Positions 1-7,800 of a DNA stretch of 32,962 nucleotides are shown here, one piece after another. The position numbers and the translations under genes are program-made. Below the pieces are notes generated by a model. The model was not told the DNA's origin. It ran no database searches and saw nothing but the letters and a program-made list of their open reading frames with translations. Within the stretch, counting starts at the first letter, position 1; every line of letters starts with the position of its first letter. This stretch comes from Nemertoderma westbladi (Eukaryota; Animalia; Xenacoelomorpha), in assembly GCA_032718475.1 (NCBI GenBank), contig JAUCBJ010007755.1, positions 1 to 32,962 of the forward strand. The letters run 5' to 3'.

Positions 1-90
1 GGCACGCAGTCAGAGCAGCATCGCTGCCAGCCTCGCAGCCAGCCTCGCGGCACGCAGCCAGCTACGCAGCTAGGCACGCAGTCAGCCCGT
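1..90. repeat. GC-rich degenerate short repeats (GGCACGCAGYCAG / CGCAGCCAG) cut by the window edge
   Basis: GGCACGCAG at 1, 49 and 73, plus GCCAGCCTCGC twice, in a sharp GC-rich patch within an AT-rich element. Could be the 3' end of a low-complexity + strand ORF. Confidence 0.5.
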
Positions 91-171
91 GAGAGTCATC
101 CTTATTCAAACGAGGTTAGTTTTCCCTAACTACCGATTGATTGAAAAATAATAATGTTTAATTTTCACCTT

Positions 172-717
172 CTAATCACCAACACCTAAAGTCACAACAC
201 CAAACATTAATAAATAATTAACAAGTTTACTAAATATAGGGTAATAAATGTGAAATTTGCTAGGTGAACACATTAAAGTACATTTACCAGTATGAAAGCA
301 ACAAATGACTACGGTATTATTTATTCTTATTTTGCAATTATTAAAAATTTCAGGTTCATATATAACTTGAAGTTGCACATTATCAAAGACAACATAAAAC
401 CCGGTATTGTTTATCAATAACCTATAGACTACAGACTTGATACTAAAAATATAAGTACATAAATTAACAGATTTTAAAATCAAATTAATACTAGTTTTAT
501 CAAATATATGTTTTTTTACTTTTTGGAAATTATACTTACTGCCTAATAATGTAATACGACCATTTTTAAATATTAATAATGTGGCACCAAATATCTTATA
601 TATAAACTGATTTGGTTTGAGTATGTGTTTACCTGATAATTGATTTTTTAATTCTTTAAAATTAATCGCTGACACTTGCTGGCAACTTACATTCTTATTG
701 ACTATCTGATAGTTCAT
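172..717 (-). CDS. TATA-binding-protein (TBP)-fold protein, divergent, element-encoded
   Basis: 181 aa, the size of a bare TBP core. ATLLIFKNGRITLLGSK aligns with TBP repeat 1 (TTALIFSSGKMVCTGAK). YEPEIFNNCKIRINNTVVICCFHTGKCTL aligns with repeat 2 (YEPELFPGLIYRM...VLLIFVSGKVVL). The start overlaps the pPolB stop by 23 nt. Confidence 0.75.
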   Translation of the reverse strand: MNYQIVNKNVSCQQVSAINFKELKNQLSGKHILKPNQFIYKIFGATLLIFKNGRITLLGSKYNFQKVKKHIFDKTSINLILKSVNLCTYIFSIKSVVYRLLINNTGFYVVFDNVQLQVIYEPEIFNNCKIRINNTVVICCFHTGKCTLMCSPSKFHIYYPIFSKLVNYLLMFGVVTLGVGD

Positions 718-3700
718 TGTTTGGTTCCCGATAAATTGGTATATTGTTTTTTTTCACTGGTTTTTCGACCTTTGTTCGATAGTGACCCCAGGGAAGCGAA
801 TGATTTTTATTAACCCAATAAAGTTTATCATCAAATGCGCTGAGAGCAAACTTGTCTCGTGCTATAGTGTACACTTTGTGTAATTTGCTCTGAAACTGAT
901 ATATTTCTTTTGCGATTTCTTCGTTTGAGTTATATGCTCTTACATAATCTTCGTGGCAAATATTTTTATCCACGACAGCTCTTGTTATTCCTTTTGCCCG
1001 TCGTATATTGGAATCATTCCATTCCAAAATTGAATATAATTTTGGTCTTAAAAATACCGCTTGTTTAATTTCACGTGAGGCTAGTTCGTCTTTACAGTAA
1101 TAGAGCCTGGATTTATTTTTATCGCTGTAGAGAGGGTGATCCTTGGGGTAATTGGATGTATCTAAAATATTATTTTTAATTAAGGCTTTTAAGAAATTAC
1201 TCTGCGATGTGTTATAGTAACAACCTATTAAAGAGTCCGTATCTGATGCTACAATTTCAATTCGACAGTTTAATTCTTTCTCAATAGGTAGCAATTTATC
1301 GTAATACAACTCATACATATCCAATTTAGCCAAGTCCAACACAGTACTACCTATATAGACTGGCTTATCGAGAGTTACAGAGTCTTTCACTAATAAATGT
1401 CCTGATAAGGAATCGTTATAAATCATGAAATTTTCGTGATTTATACGTTTGACTAATAAATCGCATTTCTCTTTACTATTAGCGATACGAAAGTTGCATC
1501 GGTTCCGTATATTCTCTATCGTTTTTCCAAATAAAGAATTATTCAGAAGCTTCGCGACAGCTGTTTCAATATACGTTTTTGCTAAACGCCTTTGATTAAT
1601 GTTTAAATCGATGTAATTTTTAAATACAAATTCTTGTTGAAAAGAATATAATTTATGTAGTTTAGTAACAATTAAACCTTGTTTTATATAAAATTTTAAC
1701 AGTTTTAAATTTACATGATAGAATTCTTTATCGAATTGTGTCAACATAAGTTTCGGAGCACACATCTTATACTTGCTATTAGTACCTCTTTGTTTACAAA
1801 CATTGTTATATTGTTCCCTCATATATGGTGAAAGCATTGTCTCATTTATACTTAAATGTTCTGGGGCTAAGGGTAGTTCTAATGTACGATTGTGAATATC
1901 TTTGGGATATTTCAAATCGCAAATTAAGAAAAACCCAATATCACCTTCAGTATCAAGATTTGACAAATATTTTATTAGTTCTTCTGGAGCAGCATTCTCT
2001 AAATATGTAACATTGACTTGTTCAAAACCTGAAACAGGTAGCTTTTTACTTAAATTACCAGAATACAAGGAATTAAAATCTATATTGAAAATATGACACT
2101 CTTCCTTGCTTGGATCATAATTATCAGTATCTGGTATATTTGATTCTATGTAATGCTTTCGACAGAATGAAACCCCTCCTCTAATAGATGCTTCAAAATC
2201 TCTATATGTTTGGTAATCTTTTATTAATGTTAACTTACATTTATTGTATTTCAGGGCGCAATCATAAGTGAAAGCTGCGATACTGCAATAATAAACTACT
2301 TCTAATTCGTAGTTTTGTCTACACACTCTCCTAAAGTTCTCAAATATATCAGCGAGGAGACAAACATCGAGTTTTAAGTATGCTAAAAGATAATCCTTGA
2401 GATTCACACAGTCAAACTGACTCCATGATGCGTTGGCAAAACTATATTCCTCGGGTGTACAGGTATTTTGTGTTAATTTACTATAAAATTTGTCTATTGA
2501 TGGTAATTTCGAATCATTGAATTTATTTAAATCTGTCAGATACTCGTAGGGAAATATACCTTTTCGTTTAATTGTTGCATTATTTAAATTTGGATAAAAA
2601 TATTTCATTTGCTGTTCAGTAATTGGTAGAACTGATGTTATATCCTCACTGTCTATATCCTTTGTTGAACAATCAACTAAAGTACTTAGGGAAAAGGATA
2701 AAAATTGATATGTGTCTAAGACACGTAGCTCGATTTTAGTTGTTGACCCTTTCACCGGTATATGCATGCTTAGTGAAATATACCTTTCAGAATTTTTAGG
2801 GATTACCTTTATATCCCAATCGGAATATTTATTATTGCTAAAACCAACTTGCAAAAGAAAATGCAAATCGTAGAGATTGCAGTTGTGTGCAGCGAGTATA
2901 TACATGTGTCGTTTCAACGATAAAGAACGGTTACACGCGTTACAAGCGGCCGCAATATAGTTACCAGTAATATGTGAGTGATGTTTGTTTTTCTCAGACG
3001 TATCCTTAAATAAAACATCGCAATAAAAGCAAGTTTTAGCTTTCCAAAAACTTAACTTATCTGCATCATTAAGTATCATTCTCTCTCTTGTGTGGTCTTC
3101 CGACCACTTATATAATTGGGTGATGTCATTATATACAGAGTCTAAAAAGTCTTGAATACAGTTGTTGTCGATTGTTTTTGTAAAGGTCTTCAAATGAAAT
3201 TTTGGTGGATTGATTAATTCGGCGCTAGGAACAATTAAATAACTTACAGCGCATGGAATATGATTCTGAATAAATTTACTGTTGGTGGCTGGCTCCAAAA
3301 TAGATTCTATGTCAAAATATATTACAAACAATGCTGGTAATGTTCTGTCTAAATTTCTAAAGCTAATGTGAGTTCTTTTTTCAGATGGTAGCTTCTCAAC
3401 TTGACTTTTTCCTCGATAACAAGCAAGACGGTGACGTTCTAGAACATCATTGGTGTAGAAAGGCGCCAAACACCGTTCGCAATATTTCCTACATCCAATA
3501 TGCTTACCTCTTGTATTCATCAAACGATTCAAGTTAGTTATGCAAACATAATGTGATTGTTTACTCGTATTCTTGTTTTTTACAAGTAATATATTCAATA
3601 ACTCTTTATCTGGAGTGATTTTACTAAATGGAGCCTGTCTTAATATAGATACTCGATTGTTGTTGTAGAGTAATAAATTAATTATATATGCTGAATTCTG

Positions 3701-4720
3701 TTTTTCAAAAAGTTTAATTGCAAGCGGCCATTCTGTTGGATAATCTTTGTTGCCATTGTCAAAAATGAAATGACTCATATAATTTTTGTACTGCGAAGTA
3801 CGATATTTGTTGTTCTTCACTTTGCTACTAAATTTTGTAGCTATAATCGCCCATTTGAAACAGTCATTATCAGCCGTTTGTATATTTATAACACATTGTT
3901 TACACGCTAGAGCCTTAGGTAACTCCATATAACCGTGTCCCTTATATAGTAACGACCTACACTTGGATTCAGCTACTTTAATTTCAACCCTTAATAAAGA
4001 TTTAACACGCCACCCTGAGCCACGAGTGTTAAACATGGCTATTTTTTGCATTAATTTTTCTAATACATACTCAAACCATGTGTCAAAACTTTCATGTGAA
4101 TCTACGGTATTAACTGCACCACCTGAAGAACTAAAATAGAAAGCTTCTTCTTGATCACCCTCTGAAAAATGTGATCGATACATGAGAATATTCACACCTA
4201 GCCAGGGTCTAAGTACATTCATTTCGCTAAGTTTTCCTAATAATAAAGTTTGGATGTGAGGTAGAATTTTAATTAATGATGAATGAATATCAGGAAAATC
4301 TTCATCATCTGGAAGATTGTAAACATAGATTTCTAAACGGTTATCGTGTGCGGCTCGTTCGATGTTAAAAATTGATGAACCTTGACCAGATTTCAGTCTT
4401 TTTCTAGATACCATAGTATTGTTTTGGTTCCGTTGTGGTGGTGGTGGTCTAACATGATAATAACGTTGGTGACAGTCGTGACGTAAGTAATTCTCATATA
4501 AATACTCTTTATTACAAGTAGGGCAAGTTTTTTCATACACGCAAAACTTCATTTCTTTACATCCCGTAGTCGATTCATGTCGTTTACATATTTCTTCACG
4601 TGAACATTTCACACGACAATTAAAACAATTGTATTCTTCAAAATGAGATTTCACATGTGTTAAATAATTTCGTTTAGAAATTTGAAGAGGACAAAATGGA
4701 CATTTCAATTGTTTATCCAT
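695..4720 (-). CDS. polB: Protein-primed family B DNA polymerase (pPolB) with N-terminal Zn fingers and an HNH/endonuclease VII-like insertion
   Basis: ExoI YFDIES, ExoII AHNCNLYDLHF, ExoIII YLKLDV; polymerase motifs DFNSLY, KLLNNSLFGKT, SDTDS, RPKLYS, AKGI. CFYC...HHSHITGNYIAAACNACN lies between ExoI and ExoII. N-terminal CPFC..HVKSH and further CxxC motifs. Uninterrupted 1341 codons. Confidence 0.96.
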   Translation of the reverse strand: MDKQLKCPFCPLQISKRNYLTHVKSHFEEYNCFNCRVKCSREEICKRHESTTGCKEMKFCVYEKTCPTCNKEYLYENYLRHDCHQRYYHVRPPPPQRNQNNTMVSRKRLKSGQGSSIFNIERAAHDNRLEIYVYNLPDDEDFPDIHSSLIKILPHIQTLLLGKLSEMNVLRPWLGVNILMYRSHFSEGDQEEAFYFSSSGGAVNTVDSHESFDTWFEYVLEKLMQKIAMFNTRGSGWRVKSLLRVEIKVAESKCRSLLYKGHGYMELPKALACKQCVINIQTADNDCFKWAIIATKFSSKVKNNKYRTSQYKNYMSHFIFDNGNKDYPTEWPLAIKLFEKQNSAYIINLLLYNNNRVSILRQAPFSKITPDKELLNILLVKNKNTSKQSHYVCITNLNRLMNTRGKHIGCRKYCERCLAPFYTNDVLERHRLACYRGKSQVEKLPSEKRTHISFRNLDRTLPALFVIYFDIESILEPATNSKFIQNHIPCAVSYLIVPSAELINPPKFHLKTFTKTIDNNCIQDFLDSVYNDITQLYKWSEDHTRERMILNDADKLSFWKAKTCFYCDVLFKDTSEKNKHHSHITGNYIAAACNACNRSLSLKRHMYILAAHNCNLYDLHFLLQVGFSNNKYSDWDIKVIPKNSERYISLSMHIPVKGSTTKIELRVLDTYQFLSFSLSTLVDCSTKDIDSEDITSVLPITEQQMKYFYPNLNNATIKRKGIFPYEYLTDLNKFNDSKLPSIDKFYSKLTQNTCTPEEYSFANASWSQFDCVNLKDYLLAYLKLDVCLLADIFENFRRVCRQNYELEVVYYCSIAAFTYDCALKYNKCKLTLIKDYQTYRDFEASIRGGVSFCRKHYIESNIPDTDNYDPSKEECHIFNIDFNSLYSGNLSKKLPVSGFEQVNVTYLENAAPEELIKYLSNLDTEGDIGFFLICDLKYPKDIHNRTLELPLAPEHLSINETMLSPYMREQYNNVCKQRGTNSKYKMCAPKLMLTQFDKEFYHVNLKLLKFYIKQGLIVTKLHKLYSFQQEFVFKNYIDLNINQRRLAKTYIETAVAKLLNNSLFGKTIENIRNRCNFRIANSKEKCDLLVKRINHENFMIYNDSLSGHLLVKDSVTLDKPVYIGSTVLDLAKLDMYELYYDKLLPIEKELNCRIEIVASDTDSLIGCYYNTSQSNFLKALIKNNILDTSNYPKDHPLYSDKNKSRLYYCKDELASREIKQAVFLRPKLYSILEWNDSNIRRAKGITRAVVDKNICHEDYVRAYNSNEEIAKEIYQFQSKLHKVYTIARDKFALSAFDDKLYWVNKNHSLPWGHYRTKVEKPVKKNNIPIYREPNNELSDSQ

Positions 4721-4883
4721 CTCTTTATTATCCTAAAAACAATTTAAAATTAATATGAATATTGTTATATATATATATATAATCAAAAAAAATTCATAAG
4801 CTACTCAACACAAATAAAATATAATATCTAAACTTTAATTAATTTAATATTTTCAGAATGAGATCGAATGAAACAGTTGAGCT

Positions 4884-4917
<34 letters not shown>

Positions 4918-4978
4918 CAAGTTTCTACTTATACCAACCAATCACAAATAACAGTTACATTGGAAACTAATATCATAA

Positions 4979-5250
4979 ATAAAGTTGCTTTTACAACTGA
5001 ATTCTTTATAATAAAATCAAGTCTAAACCAAGATATGTCTAATGCGTTTTTAATTTTCATTGATAAAGTAGGTTTTACATGCAAATGTTTTATTATGGTG
5101 GTGTAAACTCACGCATTTACATGCGAATGTTTTATACCTAATCCCGTGCTCACATTAAACTATCACCAATATTTACTCAATAAAGTCACCTTTACATGCA
5201 AATACTTTATAATAATCACACTTTGTGATAAAAAGTTACCTTTACAAGTC
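4979..5250. repeat. Cluster of ~5 degenerate 31-bp imperfect palindromes (ATAAAGT-N17-ACTTTAT), two with a perfect octamer ATGCAAAT
   Basis: Units at 4979-5009, 5063-5093, ~5103-5135, 5180-5210 and a partial unit from ~5231. Shared core TTTACA(TGCAAAT). Intergenic, upstream of pPolB. Confidence 0.7.
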
Positions 5251-5291
5251 AGTGTGAAACTGAAAAAGAAAAGTCTCTAGTTAATAATAAA

Positions 5292-6338
5292 TCAATCTGA
5301 TACTGTTTTTATATGTTCCTTATTGTAATCTGCTACCTCTTCACTTGCTTTTGTAACTTTTATTTTCTTTGTAGGTATAGAATCATTGTTGGGAATGGAA
5401 GATGATTGAGATGTAGATCTGCGCTTTCTATCACTCGAGGTCTCTTCGATGTATGTCTTTGGATTAAATGTGGATGAAACTACTTCTGGAAATGACTTAT
5501 TAACCTTAAACTTCCAAGTTGGTGGATATAGAATCGCGAAACCGTCTGCTATATCAGTTGATGAAACCTTTAACATCATATCATAGAGAAACTCTATATG
5601 AGGTATGTCTTTATCGTAATGTAACTGTAAATATTTGCTTTCCTTGTCTGTAATAATTACTTTTTTTTCTTGTACATTTATTTTTACTTTAAGTCGGTCA
5701 GATAAAGCTACTTTATCGTCCGTATCTAGCTCTGAAAAGACACCTTCGTTACTAATTTCATAATTCCATTCATACCACAATGAATTTACTTCCGATGCTG
5801 TTAAGTTAAACCCATTATAATACCTAAGACCAATAGCATCAGAATATCTAGCTGAAATCTCCCATAGTCCCATATAAGTCGCTCCTTTATATTTGCTTAC
5901 AAAACCAACAAAAGATGGGTTGGTTAAATTAACAACATAACACTGATTTATTATTTCGAGTGGTGGTGATAACAATTCTAATATTTCTGTCTTACTCTGA
6001 AGTAATAAATTAATGAGTGATTTGTTTAGAATTTGACATTTGCCTTGCTTCTGAATATATACGTTTTCAGTAATAACACAGGTGGAAATATTTAACTTTC
6101 CTCTTGTAAATTCTATATTAGGATAAATATTACCTCTTGAAACTGGTGATTCCTTTTGTCGGTTGAATAATATTTCTAAGACGTCTAGAAGGTAGAGTGT
6201 ATCCTGGTAAGAGAAGCACGTTGTTACATTGCTATCGCTTGAGAGTAATATAAAGTACTTGCCATAAACAATACTACAGGTATATTTATTAAATGTAAAT
6301 TTCCAAGTATTGCTTGAAGTTTTTTTAAATAAATCCAT
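5292..6338 (-). CDS. PC4/Sub1-like ssDNA-binding domain protein with a basic NLS-like tail
   Basis: 348-aa intact ORF. FVGFVSKYKGATYMGLWEI...YYNGFNLTASEVNSL resembles the PC4 signature (YVSVRDFKGKVLIDIREYW...KGISLNPEQWSQL). C-terminal RKRR and KKIK. Confidence 0.55.
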   Translation of the reverse strand: MDLFKKTSSNTWKFTFNKYTCSIVYGKYFILLSSDSNVTTCFSYQDTLYLLDVLEILFNRQKESPVSRGNIYPNIEFTRGKLNISTCVITENVYIQKQGKCQILNKSLINLLLQSKTEILELLSPPLEIINQCYVVNLTNPSFVGFVSKYKGATYMGLWEISARYSDAIGLRYYNGFNLTASEVNSLWYEWNYEISNEGVFSELDTDDKVALSDRLKVKINVQEKKVIITDKESKYLQLHYDKDIPHIEFLYDMMLKVSSTDIADGFAILYPPTWKFKVNKSFPEVVSSTFNPKTYIEETSSDRKRRSTSQSSSIPNNDSIPTKKIKVTKASEEVADYNKEHIKTVSD

Positions 6339-6464
6339 AATTAGAATGAAAACTATTTTGAAAAATAAAAACTAAATAAATGATTATTAGATTGTAAAAC
6401 TTCGGTTTATATGGTTGCTTTAATAAAACAGAGTGACTTACAGTGAGGAATATAGTAGATTCGT

Positions 6465-6552
6465 GTAACAGATGCAACGTGTACAGCTAAATTTATTACA
6501 TTAGCGCGAGTTAGAGAGTGAAATAGCAGTAACGAGTAACAGATGCAACGTG
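6465..6552. promoter_or_regulatory. 17-bp perfect direct repeat GTAACAGATGCAACGTG upstream of the PC4-like gene
   Basis: Copies at 6465-6481 and 6536-6552; each contains the E-box CAGATG. The regulatory role is inferred from position only. Confidence 0.4.
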
Positions 6553-6784
6553 ATCAATGCTAGCCCTGTCATTCTAACTTATATTCAACTTAGTTGATCG
6601 ACTAGTTACATCAATAAAAGAAATCGATTATTATTAATAGTCGAATTAATGTATTCTACTCTATAGTAATTATGTTAAGGAACTAGAAGCTATTTATAAA
6701 CATCTGCTACCGGTGATGAAGATGAAGAATTCAATGACTATGGTATAACACAGATATTTATCGCCTTTTTCTCTCGAGGTTGGA

Positions 6785-6851
6785 TGGGGGAGTGAGTGGA
6801 GGAATGTGGGGAGTTATAATGGTCCCGAGTTCGAACCCTGTTGAATATTTT
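6785..6851 (+). ncRNA. Possible short Pol III unit or tRNA-derived remnant
   Basis: B-box-like GAGTTCGAACC at 6827-6837 in a tRNA-like context (GGTCCCGAGTTCGAACCC), a weak A-box-like GAGTGAGTGG at 6790-6799, and TTTT at 6848-6851. No cloverleaf is visible. Confidence 0.25.
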
Positions 6852-6890
6852 GTTATCTGAAAAATTGCAAAATTAAATTTAGTTACTGGT

Positions 6891-7148
6891 GAAAAATAGT
6901 AGAAGTTACCTGTAGACACCTCTATCATCTGTAAGATAAAGGTTGGTGAATATGAAAAATACTGGTTGCTGAAAAATTGCGATTTGAAAAATAGTAGAAG
7001 TTACCTGTAGACACCTCTAGCGTCTGTAAAATAAAGGTTGGTAAATATGAAAAATACTGGTCGCTGAAAAATTGCGATTTGAAAAATAGTAGAAGTTACC
7101 TGATGCTAAGTGTAGACACCTCTAGCGTCTGTAAAATAAAGGTTGGTG
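6891..7148. repeat. Subterminal tandem repeat, 95-bp unit, ~2.7 copies
   Basis: GAAAAATAGTAGAAGTTACCTG starts at 6891, 6986 and 7081; the third copy has a short insertion. Probably within the Polinton terminal inverted repeat. Confidence 0.9.
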
Positions 7149-7370
7149 ATTGGATGCAGTACTAGCGTCGGGGGACTAATAACGCCTCTAGCGGAATAAG
7201 CGGGAACTTGAGAAGTTACCATGGTTACGGATGAAATGCTGACATCTGATTGGTTGAAATAATAACGACCACCGCAAAAGGTTGAAATGGTGGCTTCTGA
7301 TTGGCTGCAGTACCAGAAATGGATGGTAATGATGGGCTACGGGTGACCATGTGCCCGTGTCATAGCATTG

Positions 7371-7385
7371 TATACTACTCCTATA
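7371..7385. other. Polinton terminus (TATACTACT, ends 7379) and predicted 6-bp target-site duplication CCTATA (7380-7385)
   Basis: AGTAGT-type terminus. Homology to the empty-site paralogs begins exactly here. A 6-bp TSD is typical of Polintons, but the partner TSD is outside the window. Confidence 0.75.
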
Positions 7386-7464
7386 AGTGCCTAGTACGAA
7401 AGCAATAAAGCGTCTATCATCGCGGATTGGTCTCCCTCAATCCACCCGCTCACACTCTCAGCAA

Positions 7465-7540
7465 CAGGCCCGGATTAAGGGGGTGCAATGGGTGCAGGTG
7501 CACCTGGGCCGCTGTCTCCAAGGGGCCACCATGGGCTGCG
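7465..7540. mobile_element. One end of a non-autonomous DNA transposon (CAGGCCCGGATTAAG terminus, possibly PIF/Harbinger-like)
   Basis: GC-rich terminus CAGGCCCGGATTAAGGGGGTGCAATGGGTGCAGGTGCACCTGGGCC of a type common in animal MITEs. The matching opposite TIR was not found. Confidence 0.4.
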
Positions 7541-7800
7541 TGTTAGAAAAATATATTGTCAGCTGTGAAATATTACACATTACCAAATTACCTGTAACAC
7601 TAGTGTAATTGTCAATGAGCACCCAATGTTATCCTTATATACAAAAAGAGAGAGTAACCCAAAACATATTCGCAATTTACCAGAACCAAACGTTTTTGAT
7701 TCCACATAATTTTTATAATACAACCAAAAAAGGTGCCGCATAAATTATGCGGATCACTTTGAATTTGTTATTTTTTTAGCCACATGGAGTAAGATTGTAC

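Larger units (their letters stand above)
1..7379 (-). mobile_element. Polinton/Maverick (adintovirus-like) element, one terminal ~7.4 kb; the rest lies beyond the left edge of the window
   Basis: Intact pPolB gene plus compact co-oriented ORFs. Terminus ...GCATTGTATACTACT at 7379 reads 5'-AGTAGTATAC on the minus strand, the typical Polinton end. Sequence from 7380 on matches uninterrupted host paralogs at 18681, 20918 and 29724. Integrase, ATPase, protease and capsid genes are not in the window. Confidence 0.85.

Noticed and set aside
4858-5106. 82-aa + strand ORF
   Set aside because: It runs through a (TA)n microsatellite and the 31-bp repeat array, with no protein-like features.
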